64,000 bases of DNA, taken from positions 186,001 through 250,000 of the IMG/VR virus record IMGVR_UViG_3300035070_002626. The stretch is one strand, 5' to 3'. The notes below the pieces were generated by a model. It was not told the origin of the DNA. It searched no databases and saw only the letters and a program-made list of their open reading frames with translations. Shown one piece after another: positions 9,171-17,360 of the stretch (its first letter is position 1; the number at the start of each line of letters is the position of its first letter). A program made the position numbers and the translations under genes.

Positions 9171-9434
9171 TCATTTGTTTTCTTTTACCAAAGTATACAC
9201 TACAATTAACTGGTCAAGAATTTCTTTAATTGCAACATTTGTTAAACTTAGTTTACATATGTCTTGAAAGTCACTGTCACTTATGAATTGACCATTGGCT
9301 CTAGCAATTGCATCCGTATCTCCGCCAATGATCCAACGAGGTATAGTATTGTGCGGCGGATCTCTGTACCTAGCATATGTTATACCAGTAGCATGCTCGT
9401 ATATCAACGGCTCACCTGGAAGAAGATCACCCAC
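9171..9434 (-). CDS. Hypothetical phage protein
   Basis: 87-aa ORF in operon orientation, tightly packed with its neighbours. Confidence 0.55.
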   Translation of the reverse strand: MGDLLPGEPLIYEHATGITYARYRDPPHNTIPRWIIGGDTDAIARANGQFISDSDFQDICKLSLTNVAIKEILDQLIVVYTLVKENK

Positions 9435-9435
9435 G

Positions 9436-9684
9436 TTACTTGTCCATTAACTCTGCTTTGCGCTTTTCAATAGCTGCAAGTCGCTGTGCCTCAGCTTCAA
9501 TATCAGCAGACTCTCTTTCTGCCTTTGCTGTACCATCCCGGCCCATAAACAATAAAACGATTGCTGTGATAAGGGGTGAAATCAATAGTGCAATAAAAAA
9601 CCAAAGCCATCCATTGCGTCCCCAGTTGTTGGCCCAGTAACCTACTAAAGCCGAAAACCCTACTGCGATTAAAATAATATCCAA
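9436..9684 (-). CDS. Small membrane protein (2-3 hydrophobic helices, charged C-terminal tail)
   Basis: IILIAVGFSALVGYW...WLWFFIALLISPLITAIVLLFM followed by an acidic/basic helix. Confidence 0.65.
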   Translation of the reverse strand: MDIILIAVGFSALVGYWANNWGRNGWLWFFIALLISPLITAIVLLFMGRDGTAKAERESADIEAEAQRLAAIEKRKAELMDK

Positions 9685-9685
9685 C

Positions 9686-10048
9686 TTATATGTTTCCTTT
9701 TACTTCAGTGCCACTTGTACGTCTTACAATATCGTCGTGATTAAACTCTGCCCAGTATAGTTCAAATGCTACACCGTCTTCAAGTCCTTCGAACTGATGG
9801 ATCTTGCCTGGCTTGACTTGTGTAAAGTCGCCTGCGTTTAGAATAGTTTCATCAACTAGTCCTTGGTCATCTTGCCACACACGCACAAGCATCTGTCCTG
9901 ACTCTACATAGAAGCCGTTCCATTTAAATTGATGCTCGTGTTCACTGCATTTGTAACCTTTATTAAATTCAATGCGATGGAACTCTAATGCTCCGTTTGC
10001 ATGAATCAACTCTGTGTTACCCCAAATTTTTCCTGCTTTAATTCCCAT
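9686..10048 (-). CDS. Cupin-domain protein (possible sugar isomerase/epimerase)
   Basis: SEHEHQFKWNGFYVESG and KIHQF cupin His motifs. Start reassigned to MGIKAG at 10048, a TAATG overlap with the upstream stop. Confidence 0.7.
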   Translation of the reverse strand: MGIKAGKIWGNTELIHANGALEFHRIEFNKGYKCSEHEHQFKWNGFYVESGQMLVRVWQDDQGLVDETILNAGDFTQVKPGKIHQFEGLEDGVAFELYWAEFNHDDIVRRTSGTEVKGNI

Positions 10049-10806
10049 TACTGTTGTTCCATCCACATGTTGTTCTTGTCTAACCAAGGTAATATTAAAT
10101 CTCGTTGTCGCAGATATCCGTACTTAGATATGCTAGCTTCGGCACTTGCTGGCAACAAATCTGTATCACCAGCAAGTTTGTACAAATTAGTAGTTTTAGG
10201 ATCCATTGGTTCAATATTGCTGCGATATACTAGTGCATACATCCATGGATCATTTATGTCTTTTTTGAAAAACCCACTGCGACAGTCCCACCCACTAACT
10301 GCTAGCATGTATATCAACTGTGGCATAGTATAATGATACTTTTGCTCTAAATGAACATTATACTCAAGTATATTGAATTTTACATTGGTTGTTTGCGGGA
10401 CTGCTACAATTAACATAGCATCTTGTTCAGCAACATGCCACCAATTAGACAATGCTTCGTATGGGTTTATTAAATTTTGCAGTTGATCGTGGCATAGCAA
10501 TATATCAAACGTTTTTTTATTACTATTGAATTTTTCAATATCGTCTACACGCTGGTATGAAATGTTGTCGTGACGAGACAACAACTTATCGTGTGTATTA
10601 ATACCAACACACTTGATGTTCAACGGTTGTTGATTGTCACGGGTAACTTGGTTTGCCCACCAAGTCATAGTGTGTCCGTCAACATCGCAGCCAATGTCAA
10701 GAACTCTATTTACACTTTCCATGAAATCATCATACTCTATCATGTAAGACAGAATATTTTCAAATATATGATTGTGTTTTAACTCAATACTACTAAACGA
10801 GCTCAT
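10048..10806 (-). CDS. Class I SAM-dependent methyltransferase-like protein
   Basis: RVLDIGCD motif I, FDILLCHDQLQ, LIVAVP. Confidence 0.6.
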   Translation of the reverse strand: MSSFSSIELKHNHIFENILSYMIEYDDFMESVNRVLDIGCDVDGHTMTWWANQVTRDNQQPLNIKCVGINTHDKLLSRHDNISYQRVDDIEKFNSNKKTFDILLCHDQLQNLINPYEALSNWWHVAEQDAMLIVAVPQTTNVKFNILEYNVHLEQKYHYTMPQLIYMLAVSGWDCRSGFFKKDINDPWMYALVYRSNIEPMDPKTTNLYKLAGDTDLLPASAEASISKYGYLRQRDLILPWLDKNNMWMEQQ

Positions 10807-10855
10807 TTTCTAATCCTTGTACATATACTATATGTATCTTAACAATCAAGCAGGA

Positions 10856-11308
10856 TTAAATTTCAATGTCTTCCATCCCGGCAGTGCGAAGTCTTACAAT
10901 GTGCCCCATTTGCCATTGCTTGGTATCTAAGCCCTTCATGATTCCTAGATACCTATTGCGCATTAGCGCAACTTCATTGATCAACGTTTCGAAGTCGATT
11001 ACTTCATCTTCGCCGTCAACATATTTTTCAGCATCTCTACTGCTCAATGCACGGCCGTAGTTTTCTAGATATTTTTGAAAATGCTTGCGCCGAATCTTGC
11101 GTAGTTGTATGTTAAGAAAGTTGAGCACCGCTTCAATTTCTTGAAGCTGGTTAAAGCGATGCTCAGTAATGCCCGGTAGGGCACTAATATTCTTTTCGAC
11201 TATACCACTAACTTGGCATTCACGTTTTGCGGCAAGTATTTCTTGCTCAAAATGTGTAATAAACCCTGGAATATTTGCAAGATTTTGAGTAACACGACTA
11301 TACCACAT
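10856..11308 (-). CDS. uvsY: UvsY-like recombination mediator
   Basis: 150-aa helical protein with KYLE, EKYVDGEDEV and GIMKGLDTKQWQ; syntenic with UvsX. Confidence 0.65.
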   Translation of the reverse strand: MWYSRVTQNLANIPGFITHFEQEILAAKRECQVSGIVEKNISALPGITEHRFNQLQEIEAVLNFLNIQLRKIRRKHFQKYLENYGRALSSRDAEKYVDGEDEVIDFETLINEVALMRNRYLGIMKGLDTKQWQMGHIVRLRTAGMEDIEI

Positions 11309-11316
11309 GTGAGTTA

Positions 11317-11607
11317 TTAATACTCATCGTAGTCAAATTCACCATCGTCGTTGATTAAATCAACCATAACATCGTCGTCGATATCATCTTCGATGTCTGA
11401 TTCGTCATGCGAGCCTGTATACTCTCCTACTGCCATCTTGATAGCCCCATCAAATTTAAACGCTTCGCGAATTTCATGTTCGTCGTAGGTTTCCATTAAT
11501 GTTGCTACAACTGTTTCAGCAGCTTCGCGAATATCAGCGTTTTGTAACAAGTGACTTCTGCAATCTCTCCAAACAATTGCAGCTAACTCCAGTGGTGACA
11601 TTGCCAT
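11317..11607 (-). CDS. Acidic hypothetical protein
   Basis: 96-aa ORF with D/E-rich tail, between uvsX and uvsY. Confidence 0.6.
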   Translation of the reverse strand: MAMSPLELAAIVWRDCRSHLLQNADIREAAETVVATLMETYDEHEIREAFKFDGAIKMAVGEYTGSHDESDIEDDIDDDVMVDLINDDGEFDYDEY

Positions 11608-11609
11608 TT

Positions 11610-12704
11610 TTATACTTGTGCCTCTTCGATTGCTTGTGTTAGTTCTTCGTCTACTAGCTCATCTTCAATTACTTCGGCTAGTTCTTCTACTTTGTTAAAG
11701 TCCAACATAACTTTATCTAAACACCCGTCTTCGTTGCGTTCCCATGCCTTACGGAATTGTAGGATTTCTTCGCCGGTGCTTGTTACAAAACGCAGTCTGT
11801 TGCCTTGTTTGGTTAGCAAGCCAGTTGATTCTGCTAAGTCAACAAGTCCACTATATGGATTCATGCCTGTTTCATAAGGAATCTTAACTTGCACACTTTC
11901 AAAAGGTTTAGCATAACGTGTTTTCATAACTTTACATGCTGCACGAATACCTTTTACTTGAGAGATCTTGTTGCCATCTTCATCCTCTTTTAGTTTGAGC
12001 TTGCGCATAGCAACAACAATCGAACTTGCATAGATAAAGCCTTGCCCACCCGAGATCTTATCGTCTGGATCAAACATGTCTTGTGATGCATATGTGTGAT
12101 TGGTACACACCATGCCAACGTTATAGCTACCAAACATGTTAACAGTATTACGAACAAGTGCAGTAAGTGCCTTAGGTTTACGCCCCAAGTCACCTTTCAT
12201 GTCACCAGCTTCAAACTGGTTAACGTCAGTGGGTGTTAGCATCATGCCCAACGAGTCAATGACAAACAACACTTTAGGACGCTCACCGTCAGGCATTGCT
12301 TTATAATCTTTCATGAATGTTGAAATTGTTTTTGCAACATCGTCGATCATGCTCATTGCTAGTTTAAGCAATTTGCTTTCATCTGTGTCAACGCCTAGTG
12401 CTTGCAGCCATGCTTCGTCTAGTGCGTTTTCTGTGTCAACAAGCACAACAAAAATGCCTTGTTGCTGTGCATGTTTTACAATATTACCAGCAGCAAAATA
12501 ACTTTTGCCTGCACCTGATTCACCTGCAAACACTGTAACTTTACCCAGTGGGCAACCTTTGTGAAAGTCTCCCGAGATAAGATAGTTTAGTGCATAGTTA
12601 CCTGTGCTGATCCAATCAGTTGGATCGTTAAAGCCGATTGACAATCCGTCAATGCTTTTTGTAATGTCCTTGCGGAATTTTGAGATATCAAATGGTTTTG
12701 CCAT
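11610..12704 (-). CDS. uvsX: RecA-like recombinase UvsX
   Basis: ISTGNYALN, Walker A GESGAGKS, VDTENALD, Walker B FVIDS, NHTY, SGG, KTRYAKPF. Confidence 0.93.
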   Translation of the reverse strand: MAKPFDISKFRKDITKSIDGLSIGFNDPTDWISTGNYALNYLISGDFHKGCPLGKVTVFAGESGAGKSYFAAGNIVKHAQQQGIFVVLVDTENALDEAWLQALGVDTDESKLLKLAMSMIDDVAKTISTFMKDYKAMPDGERPKVLFVIDSLGMMLTPTDVNQFEAGDMKGDLGRKPKALTALVRNTVNMFGSYNVGMVCTNHTYASQDMFDPDDKISGGQGFIYASSIVVAMRKLKLKEDEDGNKISQVKGIRAACKVMKTRYAKPFESVQVKIPYETGMNPYSGLVDLAESTGLLTKQGNRLRFVTSTGEEILQFRKAWERNEDGCLDKVMLDFNKVEELAEVIEDELVDEELTQAIEEAQV

Positions 12705-12740
12705 ATTTTGTTGTGTCCTTGACTAATATTTCATTATCTA

Positions 12741-12772
12741 AGGGCAAGGAAAAAAGAAATAAACCTTGCCCT
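12741..12772 (-). promoter_or_regulatory. 9-bp stem-loop with U-rich loop between gp32 and uvsX (no U tract)
   Basis: AGGGCAAGG (12741-49) / CCTTGCCCT (12764-72). Confidence 0.55.
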
Positions 12773-12793
12773 CATGTAATTACCACTTAGTAA

Positions 12794-13792
12794 TTAGTTT
12801 GCAGCTTGGCGGCTGCGGATCATAGCCAGAATATCATCTGCTTTACTACTAGGCGCAGCTTCAGCTGATGGTGCCGGAGCTACTGGAGTCTCGGCTGCTG
12901 GTGCAACATCTGTCCAACCACTGTCAGTTGATGTTGATTCTGCCACAGGAGTTGCTGCTGGTGCTGCCACAGGAGTTGCTGCTGGTGCTGCACTTCCTGC
13001 TGGTGCTTGCATGCCCGCTGGGCGGAAGTATTGCCCCCAACGTTCTGCATCGTATGATTGACCGTCAACACTAGCTTCAAACATTTCCTTCATTACTTTG
13101 ATAGCCGTTTCATCTGGGCGTTTTGGTAAGAAGTCAGCCAAGTTGTACAAACCTTGCGATTCGATTGCTTCAGCTTCTGTTGCAGTAAGTGGTGTTTCTT
13201 TACGGGCCCACTTGCTTGTTGAATAGTCAGCATATCCGCCTTTGGCTGTTTTGCTGATACGGAAGTCCAGCCCACGCTCATAGTCAGTTGGAAGTTCTTC
13301 TAGTTCTGGATCCATCAACGCTGATTTAATAGTCTGGAAGATCTGAGGACCAATAATAAAACGTCGAATTGCTTTGTCACTGTTGTCATCAGAGATTGGA
13401 TTCTCACGTACAAAACCTTGCATGATGTACGAACGTTTTTTCCAATACTTACGACCCATGTCTTCAAGACTTTTGTCTTTAAACCACTGACGTACTTCGG
13501 TGAGAATTGGACAAGTTTCGCCCCACATCTCAACACATGGCACTTGTACTATAACATTCTTACTATCCATTTGACCTTTGATGCCATTGAATGGAAGTTT
13601 GATCATTGCACGTTCCATCCAAAAGAACGTATTGCCGTTATCTTCATCAGGAAGGAAGCGAAGCACTGCGCTGTCGCCTTCGTTCATATTCCAATGTGGG
13701 TAAATTGCGCCATCGCCACCGGATGACTGATTGTTGCCTTGCTTGTTGTCTGCCGCTGCAAGACGGGCGCGGATTTCTGCTAATGAAGCCAT
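12794..13792 (-). CDS. gp32: Single-stranded DNA-binding protein, gp32-like
   Basis: AVLRFLP, CVEMWGETCPIL, YWKKRSY, DYERGLDFRISK, GYADYSTSKW; Ala/Pro linker and tail DDILAMIRSRQ; adjacent to uvsX. Confidence 0.85.
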   Translation of the reverse strand: MASLAEIRARLAAADNKQGNNQSSGGDGAIYPHWNMNEGDSAVLRFLPDEDNGNTFFWMERAMIKLPFNGIKGQMDSKNVIVQVPCVEMWGETCPILTEVRQWFKDKSLEDMGRKYWKKRSYIMQGFVRENPISDDNSDKAIRRFIIGPQIFQTIKSALMDPELEELPTDYERGLDFRISKTAKGGYADYSTSKWARKETPLTATEAEAIESQGLYNLADFLPKRPDETAIKVMKEMFEASVDGQSYDAERWGQYFRPAGMQAPAGSAAPAATPVAAPAATPVAESTSTDSGWTDVAPAAETPVAPAPSAEAAPSSKADDILAMIRSRQAAN

Positions 13793-13807
13793 TTGTATTC
13801 TCCTATA

Positions 13808-13884
13808 TGCCTACGAGTAGCAACTACTACTCTTTTCATTTGCCTACGATACGCAACTACGTATCTGTGTATGCCTATATACAC
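13808..13884 (-). promoter_or_regulatory. Structured gp32 mRNA leader: three 6-bp hairpins, two with an identical UAGUUG loop and 3' GUAGGCA tail
   Basis: Stems 13815-20/13827-32, 13848-53/13860-65, 13867-72/13879-84. Confidence 0.7.
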
Positions 13885-13890
13885 CGTACT

Positions 13891-13919
13891 AGTATATACG
13901 CTTTTATTTAGTCCGTCAA
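13891..13919 (-). promoter_or_regulatory. Sigma-70-type promoter for gp32 with an embedded late TAAATA core
   Basis: TTGACG-N17-TATACT; TAAATA at 13905-13910 lies within the spacer. Confidence 0.7.
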
Positions 13920-13976
13920 GCAAAAAGGTTAAACATTGTCGAAAGAATAAACTTTGTTGATCAACTCGGCTTGGAT

Positions 13977-13982
13977 TAAATA
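13977..13982 (+). promoter_or_regulatory. Late-promoter core TAAATA, 5 nt before ATG 13988
   Basis: TTAAATA tacac ATG; no Shine-Dalgarno in between. Confidence 0.6.
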
Positions 13983-13987
13983 TACAC

Positions 13988-14563
13988 ATGACACATAATA
14001 ACATAAGCACAAAAGAAGTCAACTGTTTCGGGCAAGATGCTAAGTTCGAACTTGCTGCACCAAATCTGTGGTGGGTACATAACGCATTTGACGATGGTAC
14101 ACTAAAGTGGATGCAAAGCATCTATGTAAACATGGACAATACATTCGAAGTAACTCGTCCTGACAAACGTTTATTGCTAGCAGACGGTGCTGACAACCGA
14201 ACACTACAAGAAATTGGTCGTATGATGGTTCCAAGTCTTGAAAAAATGCTAGATCTCAAACTAAACTTAATGATTAGTAAATTCTGGCTCGACTTACCAG
14301 ACTTTGGGTGCCAACCGCATGGCGATAGTGCTGAAATTATTGTCACATTGCAAATATATATTGATGTTAAACACATCGAAGATCACCAACTTCGCATGTA
14401 CGGTGCAGAATTTATGCACGTTAATCCATCAGTTGAAGCCCCGATAATTGAAAATTGCGGATATCTCAACTTAAACACTGATCAAAAAGTACATCAAGTT
14501 ATATGCGGATGTGGTACACGACAAAGTGTAACATTCCAATACAACTTAGCTATTGATAATTAA
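13988..14563 (+). CDS. 2OG-Fe(II) oxygenase superfamily protein
   Basis: PHGD (HxD), LQIYI, distal KVH, TRQS (RxS). Confidence 0.65.
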   Translation: MTHNNISTKEVNCFGQDAKFELAAPNLWWVHNAFDDGTLKWMQSIYVNMDNTFEVTRPDKRLLLADGADNRTLQEIGRMMVPSLEKMLDLKLNLMISKFWLDLPDFGCQPHGDSAEIIVTLQIYIDVKHIEDHQLRMYGAEFMHVNPSVEAPIIENCGYLNLNTDQKVHQVICGCGTRQSVTFQYNLAIDN

Positions 14564-15113
14564 GCCACAACGTTTCTCGTATACTGTTTTCTGGTATACT
14601 GTTCATCATACCATTGAAAATACGAGGACTGTTATAATACACAATTGCACACCTGGGTTCATGTGGAACGTAAACACATTCATCAGCAGCAATTGCACGA
14701 CTAGGAGAATGATCATTTTCGCCTATTGCTGTGTTAACATCGTCTGATGTACAAAACGCATATTGGTTTGTATCGGCTGCTATTGTGCATAATGGAATTT
14801 GTACTTGAAGTTTGATATCACGATGTATACGATGCATCATAATTTTTGCATGTGATAATGTAATGTCAACATACCCAACTTGTGGCTTTAAGTTAACACC
14901 GCAAAGATCACTAAAGTACGGCGCCCAATGCGCACATATGTCATTTGGTTCTTTGGTTTCAGCCCAATTAGTAAGCAAACGATTATCATAAACCATTTGC
15001 AATTTATTGTTTTCGGCTTTTCTATACAAGTTGCGAACAAATGCATATTGTTCTTGCGGAAAGAAATCCCTGATCAACCACAACTGATCAGGGATTATTG
15101 TTTCTATGGACAT
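14550..15113 (-). CDS. 2OG-Fe(II) oxygenase-like paralogue, divergent
   Basis: Same layout as its neighbour (LWLIRDFF, IHRD, VQIPL, IRETL), but the distal His position appears to be Asn (IFNGM). Confidence 0.45.
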   Translation of the reverse strand: MSIETIIPDQLWLIRDFFPQEQYAFVRNLYRKAENNKLQMVYDNRLLTNWAETKEPNDICAHWAPYFSDLCGVNLKPQVGYVDITLSHAKIMMHRIHRDIKLQVQIPLCTIAADTNQYAFCTSDDVNTAIGENDHSPSRAIAADECVYVPHEPRCAIVYYNSPRIFNGMMNSIPENSIRETLWLNYQ

Positions 15114-15114
15114 A

Positions 15115-17349
15115 TTATCCTCGAGCTAGTGTTAATAATCTATCTAGCTCTGATTCGATCATTGGGTCACGCTCTGCTTTTAGTGCAGGTTTTCCTGTGT
15201 CAATGTCTGTTACTTCTGTCATATCTTCATCGTCGAGATCTTGTTGATTTGCTTTAGTAAGAGGCTCTTCCTGCGTCGGATCTTCATTTATGGATTCATT
15301 TGCACTAATAAACTTTTCGCCTTGTTTCTCAATCAACTTTTTAAGTGCAACTGCTCCTAGCACGAGTGCAACTGCTGCGCCAATTTCAAATTTGTTGTCG
15401 ATGAGCATTTGTGCATATTCTTCACCAATTGCACTTTTAACCCAATCCCATCCTTGATCCATATAATATGCCCCAGTTGCGCCTGCTGCAATTTTACCAG
15501 CATGTTTTTTTAGTAGCCATTTTAGTACTGGCCATGCACCTCTTGCTGCTACAAATTTAAGAACCCATACTGCTGCTGCTACAAGTGGAGCCATTTCTGT
15601 TAGTTGAGCTTCACTCATAAACGGACGCAATTCTCTTGCGCGGCTTGGGTGCTTTAACATTCTTAAGCCTTTAGATTCACGTTGTCTTATAACTTCCGGA
15701 GTTACGCCCATTGCACTTGCAACCTGTTGCAGTGTGTATTCTTTTTTAAAAGGCCCTATACCAAATCTTGCTTGTATAACTTTTTTAATTTTTACATCAT
15801 CAATTGCATCTAGTTGTGCTGCTAAAACTTTTTTTAATTTTGCACCGTCGACTCCGCTAAAATCAAAATCATCAATGGTGCCGCCAGGCATATCTACTTG
15901 TGTTGCTTTTTTGGTAATATCTTTAGCATCTACTGTATCGTCTGTTGGGATACGTACACCTTTGTATTGAGGACTGTTACCTGCATATGGCATTGCTTCT
16001 CCTAGTGGCTTAAAGCCTCTAGTACTGCCAGTTGGTTCTCCGTTTGGTGCAATTTCTCGTGTGCCACCGAGGTTGCTAAGTGGTCTAGCCTGTGGGCGCA
16101 TGCTACTTGGTCGTGCCATCGGACGCAGGCTAGTCATTGGTGCATTTTCACCAAGCTCGATGTTGAATTCTTTGAGTCTGGCTAGTACCAGTGGTCTACA
16201 ATCGGCATCGGGATTATCCAAACCCATTTCGTAAATGTCATCAAATAGTTCATCGTCGCCAATTAGTCCGTACAGTTGCTCAGTTGCAAATTCTCCAGCT
16301 GGGCCACAATGCAATGGTTCTTTCATAAGTTCAGCTAGTTCTGCCATTTGTTCTGGTGTGCCAGGCAGTGCCCATGTACCTTCGGTAATACTGTCTGCCC
16401 ACTGTTCAAATACGTCAGCTTCTTTCATGTTAGTTTCCTTTATTTTTGCTATTATTGGCAAAGCTTCTTCAATTCGACTATCAAGTGTGTTTGTTGAAAA
16501 CACTTCTCTTACCTTGTCAATGGTTTCATCAAGATCAGTAATTTCCATTGGATCCCATGATGCAAAGATATCTTTATAGCCCTTACGACTAATCATTTTC
16601 TTTGCTTTGCGTTTAAGGTCTTTATAGTGCCTAACTGCATCTTCAGCAATGCTTACTGCATCAACATTTTGACCAAACGATTTACTTTTAGTAGCTCTGA
16701 TAAATTTACTTAATGTTGCTATTTCATTAACTGTGTCACTGATGTGTTGACCAATCTGATCGTATGGATTACCACCTTCAGTTACATGCCTTGCCATTGC
16801 TTTACCGCCGCTTATACTACGGAATGGCATCTTAAATCTTTCGCCTTGACTGTTTTCAACAAACAAACTTTCAATGTTTCTAAAACGTGCTTCGCCTTCG
16901 CCTAGTTTTCTTGAATGTTTGATAATAAGCTTTGCTGGGCCTTGTTTATTATAACTAGTTTTGTTTGTACCGTTCCAGCCTTCAGCTAACTGGGCCATAC
17001 TTTTCATTGAATACTTTAATCTATTCATGTTGTTAAGGCTAAATGTATACAAGTTACGCTTTGCTATATTTCTAATAACTGCAAGAAAATCATACCAATC
17101 ACCGCGGTCATCACGCTCCATTGTGCGTCCGATACTGTCGCCGTAGTATACTTCAATTTTGTCTTCGCCGTCTATTAGAATGACTACTGTCCCGTAATCT
17201 TTGTTTTCAGTTTTAAAATTAAACGAAATCAAGTCAGCATCAGCTGCATTCACAGTAGGCTTGCCCATAGCGTTAAGTGCTTTAGGGTCAAAGTCTCGTG
17301 TTACTATTGTGTCAAAAATTTGTTGTGCTGCGTTGTTATCTTGTGCCAT
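15115..17349 (-). CDS. Large modular probable virion/internal-head protein containing a sigma-70 region 4 domain
   Basis: 744 aa immediately after the terminase; RFGIG...YTLQQVA...VTPEVIRQRESKGLRMLKHPSRARELRPFM aligns by eye to the RpoD C-terminus; modules separated by hydrophobic-x-E motifs. Confidence 0.75.
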   Translation of the reverse strand: MAQDNNAAQQIFDTIVTRDFDPKALNAMGKPTVNAADADLISFNFKTENKDYGTVVILIDGEDKIEVYYGDSIGRTMERDDRGDWYDFLAVIRNIAKRNLYTFSLNNMNRLKYSMKSMAQLAEGWNGTNKTSYNKQGPAKLIIKHSRKLGEGEARFRNIESLFVENSQGERFKMPFRSISGGKAMARHVTEGGNPYDQIGQHISDTVNEIATLSKFIRATKSKSFGQNVDAVSIAEDAVRHYKDLKRKAKKMISRKGYKDIFASWDPMEITDLDETIDKVREVFSTNTLDSRIEEALPIIAKIKETNMKEADVFEQWADSITEGTWALPGTPEQMAELAELMKEPLHCGPAGEFATEQLYGLIGDDELFDDIYEMGLDNPDADCRPLVLARLKEFNIELGENAPMTSLRPMARPSSMRPQARPLSNLGGTREIAPNGEPTGSTRGFKPLGEAMPYAGNSPQYKGVRIPTDDTVDAKDITKKATQVDMPGGTIDDFDFSGVDGAKLKKVLAAQLDAIDDVKIKKVIQARFGIGPFKKEYTLQQVASAMGVTPEVIRQRESKGLRMLKHPSRARELRPFMSEAQLTEMAPLVAAAVWVLKFVAARGAWPVLKWLLKKHAGKIAAGATGAYYMDQGWDWVKSAIGEEYAQMLIDNKFEIGAAVALVLGAVALKKLIEKQGEKFISANESINEDPTQEEPLTKANQQDLDDEDMTEVTDIDTGKPALKAERDPMIESELDRLLTLARG

Positions 17350-17354
17350 AATAC

Positions 17355-17360
17355 TATTTA
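17355..17360 (-). promoter_or_regulatory. Late-promoter core TAAATA, 5 nt before ATG 17349
   Basis: AATAAATA gtatt ATG, overlapping the terminase stop region. Confidence 0.65.

Noticed and set aside
10816-10837. Palindrome TACATATA-c-TATATGTA upstream of the methyltransferase gene as an operator
   Set aside because: Low-complexity AT alternation, single instance, and no matching regulator evident.
15115-17349. Calling this gene a full sigma factor or gp55
   Set aside because: Only region 4 is recognisable; no region 2 motifs, and the flanking sequence is unrelated.
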